Shown piece after piece: positions 17,741-26,165 of a DNA stretch of 64,000 nt. The notes below the pieces were generated by a model. It was not told the origin of the DNA. It worked only from the letters and a program-made list of their open reading frames with translations, and did not search any database. The first letter of the stretch is position 1; every line of letters begins with the position of its first letter. Source of the stretch: a bacterium (lineage in GTDB: Bacteria > Bacillota_I > Bacilli_A > RFN20 > CAG-288); contig CAVJFW010000001.1 in the NCBI GenBank assembly GCA_963648975.1, positions 4,199-68,198 of the forward strand, written 5' to 3'. The position numbers were made by a program, and so were the translations under genes.

Positions 17741-17771
17741 AGTAAGGAAATTTTTAAGGACGTGTGCTCAT

Positions 17772-19934
17772 ATGAAACTTATTATCGTTGAATCTCCTCA
17801 TAAGAGTGAAACCATCGAACATTTTTTGGGCTCTGACTTCAAGGTCCTGGCCTCAAAGGGACATATCCGCGATCTTGCCTCCAACGGCAAGATGGGATTG
17901 GGTGTCGACATCGAAAATGGATTCGTGCCGAATTACAAGATATCTCCGGACAAGACCCAGATCGTCAAGGAACTCAAGGCTGCCGTCAATAAGGCGGATG
18001 TCGTATATCTCGCAACCGACCCTGACCGTGAGGGAGAAGCCATCTCCTATCATTTGGCGACCGTTCTCGGCCTTGACATCAAGTCAACTCCAAGACTCGA
18101 ATTCCATGAAATCACCAAGACGGCCATCCTGAAGGCCTTGGAAAATCCAAGACACATCGACATGGATCTTGTCGAATCCCAGGAAGCCAGAAGAATCATC
18201 GACAGACTCATGGGTTATCGTCTTTCCTATCTTCTCCAGAAGAAAATCAAATCCAGAAGCGCCGGAAGAGTCCAGTCCGTCGTACTGAAGTTCATCGTCG
18301 ACAAGGAGAGGGAAATTCAGGCTTTCGTTCCGGTCGAATATTGGACGATCACAGGTCAGTTCGGTTCCGAGAATGAGAAATTCAAGGGCGAACTTGCCTC
18401 TCATGACGGTAAAGCCGTCAAGATCAACAACGAGATGGAAGCGGATGACATCATGAAGAATCTTCCTTCTGAGATGACTGTCACCAGTGTGAAGAGCCAG
18501 GTCACGAAGAACGAGCCTAAGCCACCGTTCATCACCTCAACCATGCAGCAGGAAGCCTATTCCCAGTGCCATTTCTCCACCAAGAAGACATCATCCCTTG
18601 CCCAGCTTCTTTATGAAGGTAAGGAAATCGATGGTGCCTTGACCGGTCTTATCACCTACATGAGAACCGACTCCACGAGACTTGCCGATGAATTCGTCAC
18701 CCAGGCCAATCAGCACATTCTTGCAAGATATGGCAAGGAATATCTCGGCCATGCCCATATGCAGAAGGCCGGAAAGAACATCCAGGATGCCCACGAAGCC
18801 ATCCGTCCTACCGACATCACCCTGACCCCGGAGAGAGTCAAGCCGTATCTCACACGTGATGAGCTTGCCCTATATACCTTGATCTATGATCGCGCCGTAA
18901 GTTCACTCATGGCCGCAAGAAAGAATCAGGTCACGACCATCACCATCAGCGGAAACGGCTATGACTTCACCAGCACCGAGACCAGGAACATCTTCCCAGG
19001 CTATTATGCCATCTATGGCAAATACGAGGAGAAGGAAGAGGTCAGCAAACTTCCCAAGGACATCAAGGAAGGAGATATCTTCCCTCTTGGCGATGTCGAG
19101 AAGCTTCAGCACTTCACCAAGGCTCCTTCAAGATACACGGAAGGAAAAATCGTCAAGCTCATGGATGATTCCAAGATCGGAAGACCATCCACCTATGCCA
19201 GCACCGTGTCCACACTCCTGACCAGAGATTATGTCGTCAGCCAAAAGGGTTCTTTTGTTCCGACAGAACAGGGCACTCTGACGGTCGACAAGCTTGAGGA
19301 ATATTTCCCGAAGTACATGGATGCCGGATATACGGCAGCCATGGAAGAATCACTCGACAACATCGCCGACGGAAAGACGGATCGCAATCAGCTTCTAAGT
19401 GACTTCTGGGAGGAATTCACGAATTATTTCGAATCTGCCGAGAACAACATGGAGAAGCTTCAGCCAAAGGTCGTCGAGGGAAGAGTCTGCCCGAACTGCG
19501 GAAAACCGCTTGTCTACCGCAAAGGCAAATATGGAGAATTCATCGGCTGCTCCGATTATCCCAACTGCACCTATATCGAAAAGGATAAACCGGATGTCAT
19601 CGTCGACCACGTCTGCCCGGTCTGCGGTGGCCAGCTTGTCTTAAGAAAAGGCAAGAGAGGTGAATTTGTCGGCTGCATGAACTATCCGAAGTGCACCTAC
19701 ATGGAAGACAGGGAAGGTCATCCGATTTCCAAGGAAAAGAAGCCTGTCGAAATCCCTGCCGATGCTCCGATATGCCCACAGTGTGGTGTCGGACATCTCA
19801 TCGAGAAGAAGAGCAGATGGGGAAAGACCTTCATCGGCTGTTCCAATTATCCAGCCTGCCATTACATCCAAAAGGATGAAAATGAGAAAGCTGAGACCAA
19901 GACGACGAAGAGACGTTATTCCAAAAAGAAATAG
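17772..19934 (+). CDS. topA: DNA topoisomerase I with three C-terminal C4 zinc-ribbon modules
   Basis: Toprim N-terminus MKLIIVESPHK...E..D...LATDPDREGE. Catalytic region GLITYMRTDSTRL (Tyr). Three repeats of the form CPxCG...GEF.GCS.YP.C. Confidence 0.9.
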   Translation: MKLIIVESPHKSETIEHFLGSDFKVLASKGHIRDLASNGKMGLGVDIENGFVPNYKISPDKTQIVKELKAAVNKADVVYLATDPDREGEAISYHLATVLGLDIKSTPRLEFHEITKTAILKALENPRHIDMDLVESQEARRIIDRLMGYRLSYLLQKKIKSRSAGRVQSVVLKFIVDKEREIQAFVPVEYWTITGQFGSENEKFKGELASHDGKAVKINNEMEADDIMKNLPSEMTVTSVKSQVTKNEPKPPFITSTMQQEAYSQCHFSTKKTSSLAQLLYEGKEIDGALTGLITYMRTDSTRLADEFVTQANQHILARYGKEYLGHAHMQKAGKNIQDAHEAIRPTDITLTPERVKPYLTRDELALYTLIYDRAVSSLMAARKNQVTTITISGNGYDFTSTETRNIFPGYYAIYGKYEEKEEVSKLPKDIKEGDIFPLGDVEKLQHFTKAPSRYTEGKIVKLMDDSKIGRPSTYASTVSTLLTRDYVVSQKGSFVPTEQGTLTVDKLEEYFPKYMDAGYTAAMEESLDNIADGKTDRNQLLSDFWEEFTNYFESAENNMEKLQPKVVEGRVCPNCGKPLVYRKGKYGEFIGCSDYPNCTYIEKDKPDVIVDHVCPVCGGQLVLRKGKRGEFVGCMNYPKCTYMEDREGHPISKEKKPVEIPADAPICPQCGVGHLIEKKSRWGKTFIGCSNYPACHYIQKDENEKAETKTTKRRYSKKK

Positions 19935-19982
19935 ACTATAAGGAGGCTACCATGAAGGTGGTCTCTTTTTGGAGGCAAAAAG

Positions 19983-20921
19983 ATGACAAAAACAGAATTT
20001 GTCGAGGCCAAGAAGGGCTTGGCTGTCGATAGGGATGAAAGAATCGAAAACAGCAGACAGAATCTCCTTCTCGACAAGAAAGCCTACAAGGAAAAGAAGA
20101 AGTTCTACCGCGAACAGAAGAAGCTCTACAAGCAGGAATATCTTGCCAAGAAGCAGTTTCTGAAGAATGATTTTTCCGGAAACCACGAAAAGGAGACCAA
20201 GATCAAGGAAAGATATCTTTCTCAGGAGGAAATTTCCCAGCTCAGGAAGAAACAGTTGCTTCCTTTCTATCTGCATAGCGAGGAAATCTTCAACATGGTC
20301 ACCCATATCGTCGGTGGTGGCCTTTCCGTCATAGGTCTGATCCTGGGTGTCATCTTTTCCGTGTTGAAGAAGCCGGGAGACATGGTCTCACTTATTTCCA
20401 TGATCATCTTCGGAATCACAAGTATCACCCTGTATGTGATTTCTTCCATCTATCATGGACTACATATCAACAGGGGAAAGAGAGTCTTTCAGGTTCTTGA
20501 CCACTGCACCATCTATATCCTGATTGCCGGAACATATGTTCCGATCACATTGATCGGTTTGGCTGACCATATGCCGTATAACGTCATACTTCTTTCCGTC
20601 GTCGTATTGCTTGCCGTTCTTGGTGTGGTCCTCAATGCGACCATGATGAGAAAGATTCTCGTCAAGGTCATATCCATGATTCTTTATATCGCCATCGGCT
20701 GGGGAATCATCTTCTTCTATCCTTGGCTTGTCACGGGATCATTAGGTATATCCGGTACATGGCTTCTCATCGGTGGAGGTATCACCTATACCGTCGGTTC
20801 CATCCTTTATGGCATAGGTTCAAAGAAGAGATACTGGCATTCCATCTTCCATATCTTTGTCATTGGCGGAACCTTGCTGCAGTATCTCTGTGTCCTTCTT
20901 TATGGCATCATCGGACTATGA
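19983..20921 (+). CDS. Hemolysin-III / PAQR-family 7-TM protein with a ~100-aa lysine-rich N-terminal extension
   Basis: Seven hydrophobic helices. Conserved HlyIII-type motifs (HIVGGGLSVIGLI; SSIYH; HSIFHIFVIGG). Confidence 0.7.
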   Translation: MTKTEFVEAKKGLAVDRDERIENSRQNLLLDKKAYKEKKKFYREQKKLYKQEYLAKKQFLKNDFSGNHEKETKIKERYLSQEEISQLRKKQLLPFYLHSEEIFNMVTHIVGGGLSVIGLILGVIFSVLKKPGDMVSLISMIIFGITSITLYVISSIYHGLHINRGKRVFQVLDHCTIYILIAGTYVPITLIGLADHMPYNVILLSVVVLLAVLGVVLNATMMRKILVKVISMILYIAIGWGIIFFYPWLVTGSLGISGTWLLIGGGITYTVGSILYGIGSKKRYWHSIFHIFVIGGTLLQYLCVLLYGIIGL

Positions 20922-22552
20922 CGGAGAAGAAAAAAAAGAGTCGCATCGAAAGAGTCCAGGACGAGGAATTTTCCTCTTTCCTGGATTATCTTGTCTCTGT
21001 CAGGGGGTACTCTGAAAAGACGGCCATATCCTATGGAGAGGATGTCGCCGCCTTTCTTATTTTTCTTTCTGAGCAGGGAAAGACGAAGGGACAGGTGGAC
21101 AAGGATGTCATAAGGACATATCTTTTGGAACTGAACCTGAAAAAGATGGATAAATCCTCCATCAAGAGAACTCTTTCCTCCCTCAGACATTTCTACAGAT
21201 ATCTCTATACCTTCAAGGGCTATGTGGGAAATCCTTTTGAGACGGTGTCCACACCAAAGAAGGACAAGAAGTTGCCAGGCTTTCTTTCCTATGATGAAAT
21301 CTGTGACTTCCTTGACGGAAATCTGAAAAGAACCGACTTTCTTGCCTCCAGGGATCAGGCTATACTGGAACTGCTTTTCGCTTCTGGGCTGAGATGTGCG
21401 GAAATCATCTCTCTTGATGTCTCCGACATCGATTATGACGTCAGGAGGGTCAAGGTCAGGGGAAAGGGAAACAAGGAAAGAATCGTTCCTTTTTCCATGA
21501 CATGTCTTGAAGCCTTGCGTTCCTATCAGACGATACTGAGAGAAAGAATCGTTGCCGACAAGAATGAGAATGCCTTCTTCCTCAATGCAAGAGGAAAAAG
21601 GATGACGGAACGGGGATTGGAATATATTGTCTCCGAGGCGGCGCTGAAGTCTGGTTTCCCATTGAAGATACATCCTCACATGCTCCGACATTCCTTTGCG
21701 ACTGAATTGCTCAACAACGGTGCTGATTTGAGAACAATCCAGGAATTCCTCGGCCATTCCTCCATCCGTACCACATCCATCTATACCCATGTCAGTTATG
21801 CTGAACTGAAAGATACATACGAAAGGTGCTTCCCAAAAATCATGAATCAGGAAAAGAAAAAAGCCGTCATCTTCGATTTCAACGGAACGATGTTCTTCGA
21901 CGAAGACAAGCACGTCGTCTCCTGGCGTGAGTTTGCCATGGAAAAATATGGGTTGGAAATCAAGGATGAGGATTTTCCTTGTCATATCCATGGCTTCAAC
22001 AACAAGGCCATCCTGGAATGGATGAGTGGAAAGAAACTTTCTGAGGAGGAAGTCGAAATCCTTTCCACCGAGAAGGAACTCATGTATCAGAAACTATGTG
22101 AACATGACAGGAAGAATCTGCATCTCGTATCCGGCCTGACCGAATTTCTTGACCTGCTGAAGAAAAACGGCATTGTTTTAGGTATCGCCACGGCCAGCCG
22201 GAAACCGAATGTGGATTGGTATATAAGGACATTCGGCCTTCTTGATTGGTTTGATGAAAAGAACATCATCTATGATGACGGAACCTTGACCAAGGGAAAA
22301 CCAGATCCGATGATCTATCTTCGTGCCTATGAGAGGTTAGGTGTGAAAAAGGAAGATACGATAATTTTCGAGGATTCCATCTCAGGGATCGAAAGCGCCA
22401 GCAAGAGCAATCCTCATATGGTCATCGGCATTAGGCCCATGGAAGACCTTCATCTGATAGAAGACAAGGAGGAATTGGCCTTTGCCATCAGTGACTATCA
22501 GGATATTCCTGAACAAGTGATGTCATTTCTTGGCCTGAAGGATGCAAAATGA
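20918..22552 (+). CDS. xerC: Tyrosine site-specific recombinase XerC/CodV ortholog fused to a C-terminal HAD-superfamily hydrolase domain
   Basis: N-terminal SAM-like domain and catalytic R...K...HxxR...Y motifs (LRCAEI; HMLRHSFATELL; SIRTTSIYTHV). C-terminal ~230 aa carry HAD motifs I-IV (VIFDFNGT; ...GIATAS; ...KGKPDP; ...FEDSISGIESA). ATGA overlap with the hlyIII stop. Conserved dprA-topA-xerC neighbourhood. Confidence 0.7.
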   Translation: MTEKKKKSRIERVQDEEFSSFLDYLVSVRGYSEKTAISYGEDVAAFLIFLSEQGKTKGQVDKDVIRTYLLELNLKKMDKSSIKRTLSSLRHFYRYLYTFKGYVGNPFETVSTPKKDKKLPGFLSYDEICDFLDGNLKRTDFLASRDQAILELLFASGLRCAEIISLDVSDIDYDVRRVKVRGKGNKERIVPFSMTCLEALRSYQTILRERIVADKNENAFFLNARGKRMTERGLEYIVSEAALKSGFPLKIHPHMLRHSFATELLNNGADLRTIQEFLGHSSIRTTSIYTHVSYAELKDTYERCFPKIMNQEKKKAVIFDFNGTMFFDEDKHVVSWREFAMEKYGLEIKDEDFPCHIHGFNNKAILEWMSGKKLSEEEVEILSTEKELMYQKLCEHDRKNLHLVSGLTEFLDLLKKNGIVLGIATASRKPNVDWYIRTFGLLDWFDEKNIIYDDGTLTKGKPDPMIYLRAYERLGVKKEDTIIFEDSISGIESASKSNPHMVIGIRPMEDLHLIEDKEELAFAISDYQDIPEQVMSFLGLKDAK

Positions 22553-22566
22553 AGTCACAAAAAAAT

Positions 22567-22612
22567 TGCGATGTCCCAACCGGATGCTATCCGGATGAGA
22601 CATCGCTTTTTT
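22567..22612. terminator. Bidirectional rho-independent terminator between the convergent xerC-HAD gene and the lipoprotein gene
   Basis: Nested hairpin GCGATGTC...CCGGATGCTATCCGG...GACATCGC followed by TTTTTTT. An A-tract lies on the other side. Confidence 0.65.
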
Positions 22613-22620
22613 TCAGAAAA

Positions 22621-23106
22621 TCAGTCGCCTAATATTGTCTTCAGGGCCGTGCCTTTGTAAAGCAGTTCGTATGAGATTGATGAATCAGATGGCTTTGTAT
22701 CGAATGTGACATGAATGTTTTCCATGGATACGATGCCGCTTTCGTCGGCCTTTGCCTTGCTGATGTCAATTGTGTCGACATGAGAACTGATATAGCTATA
22801 GGTCTCCGTGACACCGTTTGTGGAGATGTAGCCAGCTTTGAATCCCTCTGCAAAAAAGATACAGTCATAAGTCTTGCCATCGAATTTGAGCTTGAAGTCT
22901 GTCTTGTTGAGAGTGACGGTCTGTTCACCTTCGTTCAAGACGTTGACGGTCAGATAACTGACTTCCTTCTTGCTTTTGGCACTTTCATAAAATGTCTGGA
23001 AACCAGTGCGTTCATCCCTGTAAATCCTGAAATCACTGCTGTTTCCTGTTTCGGAACATGAACATAAAAATAATGGTACGAATGCCAATAATGCTAATCT
23101 TTTCAT
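22621..23106 (-). CDS. Small lipoprotein of unknown function
   Basis: Lipoprotein signal MKRLALLAFVPLFLCSCSE. No recognisable enzymatic motifs. Confidence 0.5.
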   Translation of the reverse strand: MKRLALLAFVPLFLCSCSETGNSSDFRIYRDERTGFQTFYESAKSKKEVSYLTVNVLNEGEQTVTLNKTDFKLKFDGKTYDCIFFAEGFKAGYISTNGVTETYSYISSHVDTIDISKAKADESGIVSMENIHVTFDTKPSDSSISYELLYKGTALKTILGD

Positions 23107-23360
23107 TTTGATACCTCTTTGCAGCAACTTATTATACAATTTATTTGATTTGTTTCAACTGAATAAATCAGTTCTTTATGAATGGTGGCTTGATGACTTG
23201 TGAACAAAAATGTTTGTGTCTGCTAACCTGCTTTTTTGGCAATTGTTCATTCATATACAAGTTGTTTTTGAGATTTTTTGATATGAAAATCTATGAAAAG
23301 ACTTTATTTGCACGGTTTGAGTATGTATACTAAATATAGACTAAATGTAAAAGAACAGCC

Positions 23361-24161
23361 ATGAAAACAATGAATGAATTATTGAATGCTTCTCTCAGAA
23401 GCTTACAGGCGACCGTGACATTCACCGGATGGACGATTGCTGATATTGTCATATGTACTCTCATCGTCGGAGTGATATCCTTCTTCATCTGCTTCAGGAT
23501 CAGAAGAATGTGGGTCATCATCGGATATTCCGTCCTTGATGTACTGTTCGTCCTAAGCATGTTCCTTGTCGATCTGAAATATCTTCCTTTCCTTGCCCTA
23601 TCCCTGCTTATCGTTCTTTCCATCATCTGTCTTACCATCAATGCAGGTGTCCTCAGAAAATATCTTGCAAAGTCACTGAAGGGAACGACCATCGCCGCTG
23701 GTTCCGTCGGCAAGAAGAAATTCGATCAGGAACAGCTTGTGAAGAATCTTGTCGTTGCTGTCAACTGGCTGAGCGAAAACAAGGTCGGTGCCCTGATCAC
23801 CTTCGAAAAGGATACTCCGCTTGATGATTTCATGAAATCAGGCACATACATCAATTGCCCGTTCACTCCGGAAATCGTCGAAACCATATTCTATGAAGGC
23901 ACAAGGCTTCATGATGGTGCCATCATCATCAAGGATGATACGATTGTTGCCGCTGCCGTCTATTATCCGCCGTCAACCAAGGCTGTCGTCGGAAAGTTCG
24001 GTGCCAGACATAGAGCTGCCCTAGGTATCAGTGAAGTCACGGATTCCATCACGATTGTCGTCTCTGAGGAAACCGGACGTATCTCCATTGCCCATGGCGG
24101 CATGCTTGATAACATCAAGACTGCAGACTTCGAGAAATATTTCAGAAACCAGCTTAACTAA
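23361..24161 (+). CDS. cdaA: Diadenylate cyclase CdaA (c-di-AMP synthase), membrane-anchored
   Basis: Three N-terminal TM helices followed by a DAC domain with the hallmark motifs LHDGAIII and GARHRAALGISE...VVSEETG. Confidence 0.75.
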   Translation: MKTMNELLNASLRSLQATVTFTGWTIADIVICTLIVGVISFFICFRIRRMWVIIGYSVLDVLFVLSMFLVDLKYLPFLALSLLIVLSIICLTINAGVLRKYLAKSLKGTTIAAGSVGKKKFDQEQLVKNLVVAVNWLSENKVGALITFEKDTPLDDFMKSGTYINCPFTPEIVETIFYEGTRLHDGAIIIKDDTIVAAAVYYPPSTKAVVGKFGARHRAALGISEVTDSITIVVSEETGRISIAHGGMLDNIKTADFEKYFRNQLN

Positions 24162-24165
24162 AAAT

Positions 24166-24205
24166 AGCCATCCCCTTACAGATGTAAGAAAAGGATGGCT
24201 TTTTT
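24166..24205. terminator. Bidirectional terminator between the convergent cdaA and WYL-regulator genes
   Basis: AGCCATCC...GGATGGCT hairpin, flanked by an A-tract on one side and TTTTT on the other. Confidence 0.65.
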
Positions 24206-24216
24206 CATGGAATGGA

Positions 24217-25740
24217 TTATTTGTTTCTAGGCTTCCTGGCTTCAAAGAGAAAGAAGCAATAACGCGTATCCGGAATTTTCTTTATGGTGAAATGATAATT
24301 GTGATTGAAGGTGAAGCTTGTCGTCTGATCCATGACATAAGGTGTTTCCTTGATTATGTTTTGGTCAACCAGAAGACTGCGCAATTTCTGACTGCTGTTT
24401 GCCTGGTTGAAAAGTTCATCTTCGACAAAGACGAGCTCATAGGACTTCTTCACATCCTTTCCCATGTTCTCATCCTCCATAAGGGAATTGAAGAAATGGA
24501 TGAAGTCGTTTTTTCTTGTGGAGGATCTCAATTGTGAGATTCTGATGTTTGTTGCTTCGTTGTGATAGGTTATCAGCAATGCGTCATCCTTGAGCTGAAG
24601 GATGTTCCCTTTTGTGATCATGCTCTCCATATATTCCTTCAATAGGGAGGTGATGGAACTGTTTTCTATTTTTTTTGGAAGATGATGGTAGATGAAGTTT
24701 GAAAAAATGAGGGAATAGTTAGGCCTTACCTCATTTGCGTCGAATACATTTTCGTATCTGTCAGCCATGAGTCTATAGTTGGTGGCCAGTCTTTCGGCAA
24801 CACTTTTAGGTTCTATGACTTCTATCAGTTCTCCATACTGAAGGGACCAATAATAGAATGCTGCCTCGTCACAATAGAAGGAAACGAAGGTGTTTCCGTC
24901 TTTTGTCTTGAATTCAGCCTTCTTGCCAAACCAGTCGATGATGTCAGAATATGCCTTTTCATCGTGGACCAATAGCTTACAGAAGGATACTTTGTCTCCG
25001 AAGATGTAGACATGACGGTTTATGTAGTCATAGATGTCAAACTTGTTTCCGTTGTTGACGCTTTCAATGTTGATGCAGTCTGCTTCTTCGATTTTGATGT
25101 TGCGGATATAGTCGACGCGGAATGTTGAAATATTCCTATGGTTCTTCATGCTTGCAAGGAGATAGTATTTGCCGAAGTTGTTGACAAGATAGAATGGTGA
25201 GACCTGATAAATGAATCCATGCATTCTCAGGGTTTCATTCCCATCCCTGTCATAGTCTGCATATTGGAAGGATATCTGTTTTTTCTGCTCGACGGCTTCG
25301 TTGATGATTTCGATGTTCAAAAAGAAATCCGCATCGGAGTTTCTGTTGATGTCTTCCGATTTGTAGAGATAGGCATACTTTTTCCTTTGATTCCTGGAAA
25401 GCATTCCATATAGGACGTTGGACAAATCCTGAGCCTGTTTTCCGGTGATGTTCTTTGAGGAGAAGATGGCGTCGACCAGAAACTGGATCTGCGACTCATC
25501 CAGTTCCCTTGAAAGGAGAGCAACTCCGCCTTTCGTTCCCTTCTGGTTGATGTCATAGCCGAGCTCGGAAAGAAGACTGATGTATTTTCCGACCGTCTTT
25601 CTTTCCAAGGTGATTCCTGAATCGTTTTCCACTTTCTGGATAATGTCCTTTTGGGTAAGATAGTGATCTTTGTCGCTGTATTCCTTCAATGTGTTGAGAA
25701 TCAATAGGATGGTTGCGCTCTTTGTGTCTTGAATAAACAT
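24217..25740 (-). CDS. HTH-WYL-WCX type transcriptional regulator (YafY/PafBC-like) with an additional ~175-aa C-terminal domain of unknown function
   Basis: N-terminal winged HTH (ILLILNTLKEYSDKDHYLTQKDIIQKVE...GITLERKTVGKYISLLSELGY). WYL-domain signature (ISFQYADYDRDGNETLRMHGF...YYLLA...RNISTFRVDYIRNIKI). A WCX-like segment, then an extra C-terminal region. Confidence 0.65.
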   Translation of the reverse strand: MFIQDTKSATILLILNTLKEYSDKDHYLTQKDIIQKVENDSGITLERKTVGKYISLLSELGYDINQKGTKGGVALLSRELDESQIQFLVDAIFSSKNITGKQAQDLSNVLYGMLSRNQRKKYAYLYKSEDINRNSDADFFLNIEIINEAVEQKKQISFQYADYDRDGNETLRMHGFIYQVSPFYLVNNFGKYYLLASMKNHRNISTFRVDYIRNIKIEEADCINIESVNNGNKFDIYDYINRHVYIFGDKVSFCKLLVHDEKAYSDIIDWFGKKAEFKTKDGNTFVSFYCDEAAFYYWSLQYGELIEVIEPKSVAERLATNYRLMADRYENVFDANEVRPNYSLIFSNFIYHHLPKKIENSSITSLLKEYMESMITKGNILQLKDDALLITYHNEATNIRISQLRSSTRKNDFIHFFNSLMEDENMGKDVKKSYELVFVEDELFNQANSSQKLRSLLVDQNIIKETPYVMDQTTSFTFNHNYHFTIKKIPDTRYCFFLFEARKPRNK

Positions 25741-25783
25741 ATATGTACCTCTTTTTTCTCATATTCTATCATCATTAGATGTA

Positions 25784-25793
25784 TATGTACATA
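25784..25793. promoter_or_regulatory. Perfect 10-bp palindrome TATGTACATA in the divergent intergenic region; candidate operator for the HTH-WYL regulator
   Basis: Seen directly in the sequence, between the regulator start (25740) and the small-ORF start (25846). Confidence 0.3.
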
Positions 25794-25845
25794 ATTTTAC
25801 ACATAAAAATGAGTATTATATCCTTGTCAGATGGAGGTAATCATT

Positions 25846-26031
25846 ATGGTACAGGTATTGAAGGACAATCATGGAAGAGTCTTGGGAATGACAAGACCAG
25901 AGGGCAACAGGGAAAACATCTATGATCCGGAAGGAAGAAGACTTGGCTATTTTGATGGAAGCAGGACATTTGATATCTATTCCAATCTTGTGGGAGAAGG
26001 AAACCTGTTGGCGTTGCTTCTTAGAATCTGA
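25846..26031 (+). CDS. 61-aa hypothetical protein with three YD/RHS-repeat-like motifs
   Basis: ORF preceded by a strong SD (GGAGGT, 8 nt spacing). The protein contains DNHGRVLGM, YDPEGRRLGYF and DGSRTFDIY. Divergent from the WYL regulator. Confidence 0.4.
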   Translation: MVQVLKDNHGRVLGMTRPEGNRENIYDPEGRRLGYFDGSRTFDIYSNLVGEGNLLALLLRI

Positions 26032-26165
26032 AGCGGATGACTGATGAATATCCATTCATTCCGTTTTGAAAACATGGACTGAATTTCATTGTGAGGCGAT
26101 TTTTACCCCTCTATAAAAATGCTTCGGGAATTTGTATAATAATATCTTGAGGTAAATTTATCATT

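Noticed and set aside
20900-21991. 363-aa minus-strand ORF antisense to xerC
   Set aside because: It overlaps a high-confidence recombinase gene. It has no recognisable domains and no RBS, so it is a shadow ORF.
20918-22552. Tyrosine recombinase considered as a phage or ICE integrase marking a mobile element near the tRNA-Ser
   Set aside because: It lies 6 kb from the tRNA with housekeeping genes between them. It occupies the conserved dprA-topA-xerC(codV) chromosomal position. No flanking phage, IS or conjugation genes or direct repeats were seen, so it was called the chromosomal Xer recombinase instead.
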